From: an uncultured bacterium
Lineage (GTDB): Bacteria > Armatimonadota > Abditibacteriia > Abditibacteriales > Abditibacteriaceae
Reading direction: 5' to 3'
Length of the DNA stretch: 64,000 nucleotides
NCBI GenBank assembly: GCA_963843795.1
Contig: CAWJLW010000006.1
Location: forward strand, 868,001-932,000
Positions 41,185 through 51,516 of this stretch are shown here, in pieces; the stretch's first letter is position 1; the number at the start of each line of letters is the position of its first letter. The notes under the pieces are model-generated. The model searched no databases. It had not been told where the DNA came from and was given only the letters and a program-made list of their open reading frames with translations. Both the position numbers and the translations under genes were made by a program.

Positions 41185-42234
41185 TTAATCAATTACAACT
41201 TCGCGACCGGTGCGCGATGATTCATAAATCGCGTCAAGAATCTTCTGCAACGCCAGCGATTCGCTGGGTTTGATGAAAGGTTCAGCTTTGCCCAGCAGAC
41301 AATCGATGAAATGCACCATGCGATTGGTGTTGACTAAAGGCGGCAACATTTCAACATCAGTGACTTCGTGGCCTTCGGACGTGGTGTGATACCATTGCAG
41401 CGGCGGAAATTTCAGGCCGCCATCGGTGCCTAAAATCTGCGTGCCGTCGTAATTGTCCAGATGAGCGGCCCACGAGGCTTCGAGTAAAACGGTGCGTCCG
41501 CTTTTCAGTTTGATAAGGGCAATCGCCAAATCATCGACATCAAAAGGTTTGTTGGGGTCGATTTCGCCTTTGCCCCAGTTGCCGTCACCCAAACCGCGCG
41601 GGCCAAATTCGGCGTAGGTTTTTCCGCTCACGCTGGCTGCTTCAAATTCGCCCATCAAATACAAAGCGCGATCCAGCGCATGAACGCCAATATCGTAAGT
41701 TGCGCCGCCGCCGGCAAATTGGGTTTGCGTGAACCACGAGCCGATGCGCGGAATTCCGCTCTGACGTAGCATGGCCGTTTTGGCGTGATAAACATCGCCC
41801 AAATCGCCACGGTCAATCATCTGTTTGGCGGTCTGCACCGTTTCGGTCATCCGATTGTTCTGGCCGACCATCAGCAGCGTGCCCTGTTTTTGCCATTCAT
41901 CGACCAGCTTTTGGGCGTCCTGTGCGTTGGTGGCAATCGGTTTATCGATCATCACGTTTTTGCCGGCTTGCAAAGCTTCCAAACCGACCGGCGCGTGCAA
42001 AAAGTTGGGCAAGGCAATCGAAACCACGTCGATGTCGTCGCGCGACAAAAGCGTTTTGTAATCGGTGGTCAGCGTCGGAATTGCAAATTTGTCAGCGGCT
42101 TCGCGACCGCGTTCGGGCGAAACTTCGGCCAGTGCCACCACGTTGGCTTGCGGATGCTCGCCAAACGACTTGATGTGATCGTGGCCAATGGCCCCGGCGC
42201 CGATGACGGCGACATTGTAAGTAGATTTTTTCAT
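41185..42234 (-). CDS. Gfo/Idh/MocA family oxidoreductase
   Basis: IGAGAIG, PNFLH, DKP, GGGATYDIGVHALD. Confidence 0.9.
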   Translation of the reverse strand: MKKSTYNVAVIGAGAIGHDHIKSFGEHPQANVVALAEVSPERGREAADKFAIPTLTTDYKTLLSRDDIDVVSIALPNFLHAPVGLEALQAGKNVMIDKPIATNAQDAQKLVDEWQKQGTLLMVGQNNRMTETVQTAKQMIDRGDLGDVYHAKTAMLRQSGIPRIGSWFTQTQFAGGGATYDIGVHALDRALYLMGEFEAASVSGKTYAEFGPRGLGDGNWGKGEIDPNKPFDVDDLAIALIKLKSGRTVLLEASWAAHLDNYDGTQILGTDGGLKFPPLQWYHTTSEGHEVTDVEMLPPLVNTNRMVHFIDCLLGKAEPFIKPSESLALQKILDAIYESSRTGREVVID

Positions 42235-42320
42235 AGGATGCGCGCCAGTGTAATCGAAAAATCAATTGCCAACAGTGGTAATTTTGCTAATTTTTTGTCT
42301 GCGAATTCTTGCAGGCACAT

Positions 42321-43262
42321 TTAACACGCCGCGCCCACAATTTGCCATTGCCACTCGACGTTTTGCGCGCCCATCGCGCCGGTAACTTTCAACTTTTCTT
42401 CGCCCCGCGCAGCAGCCAGAAAATTGGCAATCAGGCTATCGACGAAATCGGGACAAATCATTTCTCGTTGCTCGTTGCTCAGCACGGCGCAGAATTCGCC
42501 ATCTTTCTGACGGCCGCCCAAATCGACCACGCAATCGTCGAAAGCCACTCGACGCAGCGGCGGATTGGCTTCGGGATCGAAACGCACGATAATTTCCGCA
42601 CTGATGCCGCTCTTTTCCAATGTGAAATTCGCGCGCGTTTGATATTTATCGATTTCGCACACGATCGAAGCGGGCGCGATACGATCATCCGGCCCCGCAA
42701 GTACTTGCAGGATGCTCAAAGGATGCGGCGACAGGTCGATCCAAATTTGTGTGCCTTCGCGGTTGTGTTTGACGTTTTTAGTTTCCATTTCCATTTTGAA
42801 ATGGCGCAATTTTTCCTGATGTCCACAAAATTCGCGCATCGCTTGCACGCCAACTGCATATTGCATCTGCGTGCCCAGCAAAACCCCTTGCTGCCGCGCC
42901 AAATTTAATAATTCATCGCTTTGCTTTTGACGCTCGGCGGAAGAATCGGCGAAGACAAACGGTTTTTCGCACAGAACGTGCGCGCCCGCATGGAGACATT
43001 CGCTGACCTGCTCGAAATGGAGAATGGGCGGCGAGGAAACACAGACAATCTCGGGTTGAGCTGTTTTAAGGAGTTCGCTCAAATCGACGAAGCCGCGTCC
43101 ATCGAAACCGAATGCCTCGCGAAGCTTTTGGGAAGTGATTTCATTGCTGGCCGATGATGAACCAAGAAATGCCACGATTTCGCAGCCGTGTTTTTGTAAC
43201 CAGTTCGCGTGATTTTTGCCGATGCCGCTGGCACCCAAAACGGCAGCTCGAAACTGTTTCAT
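42321..43262 (-). CDS. Gfo/Idh/MocA family oxidoreductase
   Basis: LGASGIG, HVLCEKP, DLSPHPL. Confidence 0.85.
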   Translation of the reverse strand: MKQFRAAVLGASGIGKNHANWLQKHGCEIVAFLGSSSASNEITSQKLREAFGFDGRGFVDLSELLKTAQPEIVCVSSPPILHFEQVSECLHAGAHVLCEKPFVFADSSAERQKQSDELLNLARQQGVLLGTQMQYAVGVQAMREFCGHQEKLRHFKMEMETKNVKHNREGTQIWIDLSPHPLSILQVLAGPDDRIAPASIVCEIDKYQTRANFTLEKSGISAEIIVRFDPEANPPLRRVAFDDCVVDLGGRQKDGEFCAVLSNEQREMICPDFVDSLIANFLAAARGEEKLKVTGAMGAQNVEWQWQIVGAAC

Positions 43263-43472
43263 AGTTCAACAATTCCCCAATTGGCACGAAAACAAACGCG
43301 CCGGTTTTTTGTCTGATGACATCTTTGTGCTTTAATTTGAACTGACGTTGCTAAAATGGTTTGTAATGCGCTCATCGCTCGAATTTCGAATGAGGCGCTC
43401 GATAAATGCCACCACAATCGCATGGCAAGTCCTTGCCGCAAGTACCTGCTGTGCACAACGAGGAGTAAATTC

Positions 43473-43982
43473 ATGACAAACGCAGCAGAAAGTTGGGGCT
43501 TACCAGCTGATTTCGCGCCCGTGCGTTATCCCATTAGCGACGAAGCCAAAAACGCGGCGCGCGAAATTTTAGGACCGGGCGAACCAGTCGCGGTCACATT
43601 GGCCAACGATAATGGTTCGATTTCTTTAATTGCCACGCCTCAGCGTTTATTGGTGGTGCGCGAAGGCGCAGCGATGGCGGGCGCGAGTGGTTTAAATGTC
43701 CGCGATTATCCGTGGCGTGGTATCACCGATTTGAAAACACAACACGCGGCGGGCGCGCTGAAAATCAGCATCGGCTTTCGTTCCAACAACAACCGTACCG
43801 TCGAACTCGGACGCCGCGCGAAGCTGGCCAAAGATGCCGTCGATCACATGATGCCCTTCGACGCCGAAACCGGCCATCCCGCGTTTACAGCGATTTATGA
43901 AATTTGGCAGCACGTCATGGCGCAGCCCGAACCCGAAGACGAAGCCCCCGATGATTCGGCAATTTTTGCAGATATGTTGTGA
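43473..43982 (+). CDS. Hypothetical protein (possible bacterial PH domain)
   Basis: GAGGAG RBS before ATG 43473, LIATPQRLLVV. Confidence 0.65.
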   Translation: MTNAAESWGLPADFAPVRYPISDEAKNAAREILGPGEPVAVTLANDNGSISLIATPQRLLVVREGAAMAGASGLNVRDYPWRGITDLKTQHAAGALKISIGFRSNNNRTVELGRRAKLAKDAVDHMMPFDAETGHPAFTAIYEIWQHVMAQPEPEDEAPDDSAIFADML

Positions 43983-44333
43983 TGGTTTAAACAAAGCCCA
44001 CCGCCAGCGACTTCGAGCGATAGATAACGTGATTTATTCATAGAGCGCGATGATATGCAGAAAAATGCAGAATCTATGAAATATTTCTTATTGAAATAAT
44101 GAACGCAAACAGGACTCAAAGTTTATCCTCTGAATCAAATTGTTTCATCATCAATACTAAAAGGTCAATGGAAAATCAAACGATGCAATTTCGAACTCTG
44201 GTCCGTAAATTTCTTTATGCTTCGCTATAATGCGATGTCGGAATAGCGGAAGTCATTTGCATGGGTTACAATTTTTGAAAATTCCTATTCTTTTATTTCT
44301 CTTTGCCACTTGTTTTTGGCTAAATCACTACTT

Positions 44334-45131
44334 ATGAAAAATTCAACCAATTTGCCTCGCCTTTTTACCAGTGTTGTGCTGATGGGAGCCTTTTCGTTTG
44401 GCTGTGTAAATCTCCCGAATCCGACCGCGCAGAATGCAATGGCCGCCGAAACCGCCGCGCCCAATTTCGCACCCGTGCCCGACGATGCGCCCTTTGCCGG
44501 AGAAATTAACGATTTTCTCAAAGCCGACGCGAAGCAGATGCCGCCCAAAGGCGCAATTTTATTTGCGGGCAGTTCAAGCATTCGTTTGTGGTCAACTTTG
44601 AAGGAAGATTTTCCGGAAGTACCGGTCATCAATCGTGGTTTCGGCGGTTCACATCTTTCTCAGAACATTACCTATGCCGACCGCATCGCAATTCCCTATC
44701 AGCCAAAAATGATCGTGCTGTTTGCTGGTACTAACGATCTGGCTTCGGGGAAATCGCCGCTCAAAGTGCTCGAAGATTTCATCACTTACGCCAACAAAAT
44801 TCAACAGGCCTTGCCTGCTACGCGCATTGTTTATCTCGCGATCAGCCCTGCAGTTTCGCGCTGGAAAAACGAAGCCAATGTAATGGAAGCCAATTACCTG
44901 ATTTCGAAGTGGATTTTTGAGAATAATTCGCCAACGCGCAAGCTAAATTTCATTAGTGCACACGATCAGTTGTTGAGCGCCGATGGTCAACCGCAGCCCG
45001 CTTTATTGCGTGAAGATGGTCTGCATCTCAATAGCGAAGGCTACAAAGTGTGGAAATCGATTATTAAACCGCGCGTGCTGGCGCTGGCTGCCATTGATGG
45101 CGTGGAGCGCCTGAACGCGCCCGCTAAATAA
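44334..45131 (+). CDS. GDSL/SGNH hydrolase (secreted or lipoprotein)
   Basis: FAGSSSI, NRGFGGS, AGTNDL, DGLHLN. Confidence 0.9.
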   Translation: MKNSTNLPRLFTSVVLMGAFSFGCVNLPNPTAQNAMAAETAAPNFAPVPDDAPFAGEINDFLKADAKQMPPKGAILFAGSSSIRLWSTLKEDFPEVPVINRGFGGSHLSQNITYADRIAIPYQPKMIVLFAGTNDLASGKSPLKVLEDFITYANKIQQALPATRIVYLAISPAVSRWKNEANVMEANYLISKWIFENNSPTRKLNFISAHDQLLSADGQPQPALLREDGLHLNSEGYKVWKSIIKPRVLALAAIDGVERLNAPAK

Positions 45132-45236
45132 CTGGCTGGTGATAACTGGCTGGTGTGGCAATTTTGGCCGGAATCAGGTGCTGCTAACCCGGCGAGTACT
45201 GCTGCAAGTACTCGCCGTGGCCGTTGGCTGATTATT

Positions 45237-46271
45237 ATGTCTGAAAATAATCCGGTGTCGAAGGCGAAAAACCCGCGTCGCGTGACATTGCAAGACATCG
45301 CTGATGTTGCGGGTGTGCAGAAAATGGTCGTCTCCAATGCGCTCAGTGGCAAGGGCAGAGTAGCGCCCGCCACGCGCGAGAAGATTCGTCAATTGGCCAG
45401 GGAAATGAATTACATTCCCAACTTCGCGGCCAGAGCACTCACTACGGGACGCACCGGAATTATTGCCGTCGTCAGCGGGCCGTTGAATGAAAACTATTAC
45501 GGCAGCATCGTTGATTTGCTGCAAAAACATCTCACCGCCGATGGCTTTCACTTGATCGTCATTCGCACGCCCGGCGAAGTCAAGGAATTAACCAACGCCA
45601 CGGGAATTCTGGCGGTCGATGGCGCTGTTGTCATCGACAATCTGGGCTTGGTGAGAGAATTTCGTTCGCATCCCACCATTCCGTGCGTTTCCATCAGCAC
45701 TTTTCAGCAATCTTTCGTCGATAACGTCATCGTCGATTTGAGTCCGGGCGTTGAAGAAGCGCTAAGGCTGATGTTGGCCAGCGACCGGCAGCGCATCGCT
45801 TATTTGGTGACGGCGCGGATTTTGACGCGAGAATCGGAAGTGCGCGCACGCAGCTATCTAAAAACGATGCGTGATGCCAACCGTGTCCCCGAAATTATCA
45901 ATGTTTCCACCAACGACGCCGATATCCTCGAAGCGCGCGTCATGGAATATTTTCAGGAAAATGGCTGTCCCGATGCGCTTTTATGTTTGAACGATGAAAT
46001 CGCGATGTGCGCCTTTCATGTTTTGAAAGCTCTGGGCAAGAAAGTGCCCGATGATGTGCTTCTGGTGGGCTGCGACGGCCAAAGGCACATGAAATATTTC
46101 AATCCGCCCCTCAGCACTATCGTGCAACCCGCGACCGAAATGTGTGAACTGGCGTGGAAGTTTTTAAAGCAGCGCATCGCAAATCCCAATCTCCCTCATC
46201 AAGAAGCGAAATTGCTGGGAACGCTCGTGGTAAGAGAGTCGCTGATTAATCCAACGCATCTCAAGATGTGA
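45237..46271 (+). CDS. LacI family transcriptional regulator
   Basis: VTLQDIADVAGV...YIPNFAARAL, NDEIA, VPDDVLLVGCD, PPLSTIVQP. Confidence 0.93.
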   Translation: MSENNPVSKAKNPRRVTLQDIADVAGVQKMVVSNALSGKGRVAPATREKIRQLAREMNYIPNFAARALTTGRTGIIAVVSGPLNENYYGSIVDLLQKHLTADGFHLIVIRTPGEVKELTNATGILAVDGAVVIDNLGLVREFRSHPTIPCVSISTFQQSFVDNVIVDLSPGVEEALRLMLASDRQRIAYLVTARILTRESEVRARSYLKTMRDANRVPEIINVSTNDADILEARVMEYFQENGCPDALLCLNDEIAMCAFHVLKALGKKVPDDVLLVGCDGQRHMKYFNPPLSTIVQPATEMCELAWKFLKQRIANPNLPHQEAKLLGTLVVRESLINPTHLKM

Positions 46272-46352
46272 GCTGAACGAATTAGTTGCGAAATGCTATC
46301 GGCTCTCATTAATTTTACTGGTTTCAAGCGTAAAAATCGGCTTTAGACAGCA

Positions 46353-46430
46353 TTTAGTAAATATCGTGAAAAATATTTACTAAAAATGTTGGTGCGTCGA
46401 GTATAATAGCTTGCATTATCGGTATCGATA
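46353..46430 (+). promoter_or_regulatory. Candidate promoter/operator region upstream of the prepilin-like gene
   Basis: Inverted repeat TTTAGTAAATAT-N8-ATATTTACTAAA (46353-46384), TATAAT (46402-46407), near-palindrome TATCGGTATCGATA (46417-46430). Confidence 0.45.
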
Positions 46431-46564
46431 TTTCCATTTTAGAATCGAAATTCTTTTTTCCCTTTACAACGCAACATCCAACGGGTGTTGAGGTAATTGA
46501 CGAAATGGCTAAAACGGGAAATCGGCCAGTTTGCCTTGTGTATTAAATTCGCTTTGCACGAATT

Positions 46565-47428
46565 ATGGAGAACGGAATGAAAATGAATTTTGTCGCACCG
46601 CGCGCCTTTGTGCGCCCCACATCGCTTATGAGAACGAAAAAGCGCAACGGCTTCACATTGATCGAATTGTTAGTTGTTATTGCCATTATTGCCATTTTGG
46701 CCGCGATTTTGTTTCCAGTATTTGCTCGAGCGCGCGAAAACGCCCGCCGCGCGAGTTGCCAGTCGAACTTGAAGCAGATTGGTCTGGGAATTATGCAATA
46801 CTCGCAGGATTACGACGAACTGATGATTTCGGGTCGCATGAGTCCGAATAATGCCGACAATCAGGGCGGAAACTGGCAATATATGGTGCAGCCATATATC
46901 AAAAGCTATCAAGTTTTTGCGTGCCCTTCGAATACGCGCAATACGGATGTAATGTACGACGGTCAGGTTCCGCTGGTGGCTGGCGCTGCTAACCCCACTG
47001 TGACTTCGTATGTTGCGCCTATCGAAGTTGGAGGCAATGGTGCCGCTTTTGGTGCGCGTGGCGTGGCTGGCCCCAACCTGGCTGCGTTCAACAATGTTGC
47101 GCAAACCATTATGGTCGCTGATGGAAATACCGCTAACTCTGATATGCGTTTGACCAATGGCAACTGGACATCCGCTACTGCTTTGGGGACAAACCAGAAT
47201 GGTAAAGCCGGTGCGCCAGCGCTTTTCGCGGGCCATTTGTCCACGATGAACGTGCTGTTTGTAGACGGACACGTCAAAGCGATGAAGCCGCTGCAAACCA
47301 TTCCTAACGATGCCGCCAACAATTTTCGCGGCAGCGGCACTTTCAATATGTGGAACAGAGACGACGCCCGAGTCTACGGCAACGAAATTTCCACCGCGTT
47401 GACCAACGCCACGACCAAATACCAATAA
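46565..47428 (+). CDS. Prepilin-type N-terminal cleavage/methylation protein (DUF1559, H-X9-DG motif)
   Basis: [60 protein letters not shown]. Confidence 0.93.
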   Translation: MENGMKMNFVAPRAFVRPTSLMRTKKRNGFTLIELLVVIAIIAILAAILFPVFARARENARRASCQSNLKQIGLGIMQYSQDYDELMISGRMSPNNADNQGGNWQYMVQPYIKSYQVFACPSNTRNTDVMYDGQVPLVAGAANPTVTSYVAPIEVGGNGAAFGARGVAGPNLAAFNNVAQTIMVADGNTANSDMRLTNGNWTSATALGTNQNGKAGAPALFAGHLSTMNVLFVDGHVKAMKPLQTIPNDAANNFRGSGTFNMWNRDDARVYGNEISTALTNATTKYQ

Positions 47429-47443
47429 AATCCATTCGAGCCA

Positions 47444-47486
47444 AAGCAAAACGCCCGCTTCCATCTTGGAAGCGGGCGTTTTGCTT
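47444..47486. terminator. Intrinsic terminator hairpin (20-bp arms)
   Basis: AAGCAAAACGCCCGCTTCCA-tct-TGGAAGCGGGCGTTTTGCTT between convergent genes. Confidence 0.85.
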
Positions 47487-47518
47487 GTGGCAAGTACTTG
47501 CAGCGCAGAATTAACAAT

Positions 47519-48463
47519 TCAGCTTTCCAAAGCACGATCTTGCAATTCTTTTTTGTTTGCGAACGCGCGCAGATTTTGCAAAAAATGCTGTGCCAAACGT
47601 TCGTCTTCCCCACGATGGGCGCCACCACAGTGCGGCGTGATGTAACAGTTGGGCGCGCTCCACAGCGCATTATCGGCTGGCAGTGGCTCGGGATCGGTGA
47701 CATCAAGATAGGCTGCGCCAACTTTCTCGCTTTCCAATGCTTGAAGCAGTGCGCTTTGATCGACTGTGCGCCCGCGACCAATATTATAGAAATACGCGCC
47801 TGTTTTCATTGCATTGAAGCGAGAAGCGTTTATTAACTTTTCGGTGGCTGCATTGAGCGGCAAAGTGTTGACGACGTGGTCGGCGCGCGCCAGAGCAGCG
47901 TTCAAACCGGCTTCGCCCACGATTTCAACATCGGCGATATCTTGGTTCGCGTGGCGCCGAAAAGCCATTACAGTGCTGCCAAAAGGTTGCAAAAGTTCGA
48001 TCAATCGCACAGCGATAGCGCCGTAACCAAGCAGCAAAACAGTCTGATTTTTCAGAATATCGCAGCGCGCGCGGCCGCTTTGCGAACCCCATTGATGTTC
48101 ATCCTGTCGGTGTTGGAACACCGGCAACTGGCGCGTAAAAGCCAGCATCATCGCCAGCAAATGTTGCGCGCACGGATCGTCGTAAACGTGCGAACTGTTA
48201 GTGAAAATCTGCTCGTTGCGTTTGAGTGCCTCGATGAATTGGGGAGTTTCATAGCGCGAATAACCCGCGCTAGTGATGTGTACCCAGCGCAGATTCGACG
48301 AATTCATCACTTGTTCGGGCTCGGGCTGGCCAAATGCGATGTCGAAATCGCTGCAATCGGGCGCGTCCCATTGCCACTCGTGTTCGGGCGTTTCGCGTTT
48401 TAACAGGGCGCGCGCCTCATCGTTCAAGCCAGCGTTGCTCCAGATACGAAAATTTGGTTTCAT
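47519..48463 (-). CDS. D-2-hydroxyacid dehydrogenase family protein
   Basis: LGYGAI, NIGRG, LDVTDPEPLP, ITPH. Confidence 0.92.
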   Translation of the reverse strand: MKPNFRIWSNAGLNDEARALLKRETPEHEWQWDAPDCSDFDIAFGQPEPEQVMNSSNLRWVHITSAGYSRYETPQFIEALKRNEQIFTNSSHVYDDPCAQHLLAMMLAFTRQLPVFQHRQDEHQWGSQSGRARCDILKNQTVLLLGYGAIAVRLIELLQPFGSTVMAFRRHANQDIADVEIVGEAGLNAALARADHVVNTLPLNAATEKLINASRFNAMKTGAYFYNIGRGRTVDQSALLQALESEKVGAAYLDVTDPEPLPADNALWSAPNCYITPHCGGAHRGEDERLAQHFLQNLRAFANKKELQDRALES

Positions 48464-48487
48464 AAAGTCGGATTTCCAACGAGTAAA

Positions 48488-48526
48488 TCGCCCTGCAAGT
48501 ACTGCGCGCAAGTACTTGCAGGGCGA
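48488..48526. repeat. Composite inverted repeat made of two palindrome copies
   Basis: TCGCCCTGCAAGTACT-gcgcgca-AGTACTTGCAGGGCGA. Confidence 0.85.
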
Positions 48527-48547
48527 ATAAGCAAATGATGAACGCGA

Positions 48548-48578
48548 AAAACGCCCGCTGAATAATAGCGGGCGTTTT
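48548..48578 (-). terminator. Intrinsic terminator of the NlpC/P60 gene
   Basis: AAAACGCCCGCT-N7-AGCGGGCGTTTT. Confidence 0.8.
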
Positions 48579-48594
48579 CGGTTGTTTTAGTTGT

Positions 48595-49587
48595 TTAACC
48601 TTTATTCATCAAACGACGCCCGCCCGCGTATTTTTCATTGTAAGGCGAAGCCGAAAGATAGGAAACGATGGTACCTTTGCCAGTGCCCGCCGCATGGATG
48701 AAGCGACCGCGACCCAGAAAAATGCCGACGTGCGAAATGCCTGGTTTGTAGGTGTTGGCAAAGAAAACCAGATCGCCAGGCTTGAGCAAACCACGCGCGA
48801 TAGGCGTTCCGTAATTGAATTGCTCGGCAGCCGAATGTGGAAGCGAGCGATAACCCAAATCGCGCATTACACGAATGATGAAGCCCGAACAATCGAAGCC
48901 GCGCGCCGATTCGCCGCCCCACACATAAGGCGTGCCCGCGTAGCGCTGAGCAGTGCGCACAAACGGATGCAAACCGCTGGAATCCGGTCCGGCGTCTAGC
49001 ATCGCTTTTTGCAGCGCATTGTTGAAGCCCGCCAGATCACGCACGCCTTCGTCCAGATCGCCGCGCGCACTTTTCAAGTTGCGCTGAGCACGACGCGCTT
49101 CTGTATCAGCCTGCGCCAACAGCGCGCGATCTTCTGCCGATAATCCGGTTTCCGGCTTGGTTTCAACTTTTGTGGCAACTTTGGGAATTTCAGGCGCGAC
49201 AATGACTGGCGCTACAGTGGCCGGTTTAGCGGTCGCTATTTCGGGCACGTCCGAAACTTGATCTTGAACGTTACCATCCAGAACCGCCATCGGTGAAGTG
49301 GCTCTCTGTGCGGTTGTATCGTTAAAGCGCGCGAATGTGCTACTGTTGGCCGAAGGCGGCGCAGCGATGCTGCTGCCACTACGCATTTCAGGCGCCAGGC
49401 TCAAAACCGGAGCATTTTTGGCTACCTTAGCGATAGCTTTTGGAGTATTGCCAGGCAGCGAAATTTTGGTGGTTTGTGCGGCTGGAACTGGCGCACTCAG
49501 CATTGATAACAAAGCCGCTCCGATAAAGACAGCGGCGCTTGGAAGCGGGTGAAGCGAAGGGCGAACAGCGATAAAGGACGAATTCAT
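48595..49587 (-). CDS. Secreted NlpC/P60 (C40) peptidoglycan peptidase
   Basis: GTPYVWGG, FDCSGF, PGDLVFF, SHVGIF, FIHA. Confidence 0.92.
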   Translation of the reverse strand: MNSSFIAVRPSLHPLPSAAVFIGAALLSMLSAPVPAAQTTKISLPGNTPKAIAKVAKNAPVLSLAPEMRSGSSIAAPPSANSSTFARFNDTTAQRATSPMAVLDGNVQDQVSDVPEIATAKPATVAPVIVAPEIPKVATKVETKPETGLSAEDRALLAQADTEARRAQRNLKSARGDLDEGVRDLAGFNNALQKAMLDAGPDSSGLHPFVRTAQRYAGTPYVWGGESARGFDCSGFIIRVMRDLGYRSLPHSAAEQFNYGTPIARGLLKPGDLVFFANTYKPGISHVGIFLGRGRFIHAAGTGKGTIVSYLSASPYNEKYAGGRRLMNKG

Positions 49588-49853
49588 AGAATGAGAAAAG
49601 CAACTTGAGATATTTCCATTGTAACGCATTTTTAATGCAGAGGAGCAAAGCGAAAACAACCTTGACAACAAAATTGCGTTTCTTTAAAACGCGCATTATA
49701 TAACGCTCTATAATGCTAATTCCGCTCATTTTTATCACTCTTTGCGCAGCGCCCGACGTTCAAGAAGGTCTGTGGCTCCCCTGCAAGTACTTGCGCGCTT
49801 GCAAGTACTTGCAACCTTCGTCGTCACACGCCGCCGACTCATTTTTACAGATT

Positions 49854-50669
49854 TTAAATCGTCGATTCACGCAGCCATTCTTCCAGAACTTGCGCCACGC
49901 CATCTTCGCTATTGGGCGGACAAACGCGATTTGCCAGCGCTTTGGCAGCGGGAAAGCCGTTTTCGACCACAATCGCAGTGCCCACGCTTTGCAGCATTTC
50001 CAAGTCGTTGTAAGAATCGCCAAACGCGGCCACGTCCTGCATGTCAATTTCCAAATGTGCACACAAAGCGCGCACGCCCGCGCCTTTATCGACCTGCGGG
50101 TGCAGGAATTCCAAATAAATCGGGCGCGAGCGCGTAATCGTCAGTTCATCCCGAAAATCGTTGTTTGCTTCCAGCAGCAATTCTTCGATGCGTTCGGCTT
50201 CATCGGCGACCAGAAGTTTGGTCGCTTCATGTCCGTAAAAGCGCGCAAAATCTGGTTCGTAAATTAGGTTGGCGCCGGTGTGCTCGCGATAAATGCGCGC
50301 TTTCCAATCGTCGATGCGATTAGTATAAAGATGATCGTTTTCGTAAAAATGCAAATGTAAATCGCGCTGCAGTGCCCAATCGATGACGCGCTGCGAGAGC
50401 GCGGAAGGCACAGGCCGATGATAAAACGCGCTGTCGTCGTCTGCCTGCAAATGCACCAGCGCGCCGTTATAGGAAACCATCGCGGGCGCGAACGGCAAAC
50501 GCTGCGCGACCGGCAGCATATTAGCCAGCATACGTCCCGAAGCCAAAGCGATAATCACACCTTTTTCATACCAGCGCGTGAGTGCGCTAATGGCGCGTTG
50601 TGACAATTGATGATCGGGCATCAGCAGCGTGTCGTCGAGGTCGAAAGCGAGCAGGCGAAGCGAATTCAT
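49854..50669 (-). CDS. Cof-type HAD-IIB hydrolase
   Basis: FDLDDTLL, ASGR, VDKG, AFGDSYNDLEML. Confidence 0.92.
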   Translation of the reverse strand: MNSLRLLAFDLDDTLLMPDHQLSQRAISALTRWYEKGVIIALASGRMLANMLPVAQRLPFAPAMVSYNGALVHLQADDDSAFYHRPVPSALSQRVIDWALQRDLHLHFYENDHLYTNRIDDWKARIYREHTGANLIYEPDFARFYGHEATKLLVADEAERIEELLLEANNDFRDELTITRSRPIYLEFLHPQVDKGAGVRALCAHLEIDMQDVAAFGDSYNDLEMLQSVGTAIVVENGFPAAKALANRVCPPNSEDGVAQVLEEWLRESTI

Positions 50670-50763
50670 GGTTTCCAGTGTGCCATCGAGCACTGTTATT
50701 GCCATCCTGAAAAAGCGAAAAACTCTGCACGCTCTGCGCTCGGCATGATAAACCGCATCGCGT

Positions 50764-51516
50764 ATGAGGATTCTTTTAACCAACGATGACGGCGTCGGCG
50801 CACCCGGCCTGCACGCCGCCTGGCGCGCTTTGAATGAGGCGGGCCACGATGTTTTTGTGTGCTGCCCCGACCGCCCGCGTAGTGCGGTCAGCCACGCCAT
50901 CACTATGCATAAGCCGCTGCGCGTGAAAGTTGTCGAAACGCCCGATGGCATCGCCCACGCCTGCAACGGTATGCCCGCCGATTGCGTGCCTTTGGCGCTT
51001 TTGCAATTAATGGAAACGCCGCCCGACGCCGTGATTAGCGGTATCAATCTTGGCCCGAATTTGGGCGACGACGTGCATTATTCTGGCACCGTTGCCGGTG
51101 CGATGGAAGCGACTTTTCACGGTCAGCGTGCCCTTGCGATTTCCTTAGTCGAATGGGACAACCCGAACTGGGAAAGCGCTGCCAACTTCTGTGCGCAGTG
51201 GGCACCATTATTACCCGAGCTCGATTTGCCGACCGACACTTTTTTGAACGTGAACGTGCCAAATCTGTCGCCGCACGAAATTCGCGGCGTGCGCGCCACG
51301 ACTCAAGGCAGCCGTCGGTATAAAGGCGACATCACCCGACGCGAAGCGCCCGGCATAGGCGCTTATTACTGGCGCGGCGGCGTTTTAATTGACCGTTCTG
51401 AACGTGACGATACCGATATTTTAGCCGTTAACGCTGGTTTCATTTCCGTCACACCATTACACGTCGATTTGACGCGCCTGGATGCGCTGCAAACTGTAAA
51501 AGACGCTATTAAATGA
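50764..51516 (+). CDS. surE: 5'/3'-nucleotidase SurE
   Basis: ILLTNDDG, GMPADCV, SGINLGPNLG, YSGTVAGA, NVNVP, ISVTPL. Confidence 0.96.
   Translation: MRILLTNDDGVGAPGLHAAWRALNEAGHDVFVCCPDRPRSAVSHAITMHKPLRVKVVETPDGIAHACNGMPADCVPLALLQLMETPPDAVISGINLGPNLGDDVHYSGTVAGAMEATFHGQRALAISLVEWDNPNWESAANFCAQWAPLLPELDLPTDTFLNVNVPNLSPHEIRGVRATTQGSRRYKGDITRREAPGIGAYYWRGGVLIDRSERDDTDILAVNAGFISVTPLHVDLTRLDALQTVKDAIK

Noticed and set aside
49590..49850. c-di-AMP or other riboswitch upstream of the NlpC/P60 gene
   Set aside because: I could not find the expected conserved motifs on the minus strand.
49854..51047. N-terminal extensions in the ORF track (Cof 397 aa, S8 664 aa, SPFH 449 aa, kinase 277 aa)
   Set aside because: The extensions overlap neighbouring genes. 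Downstream starts fit family lengths and RBS positions better.
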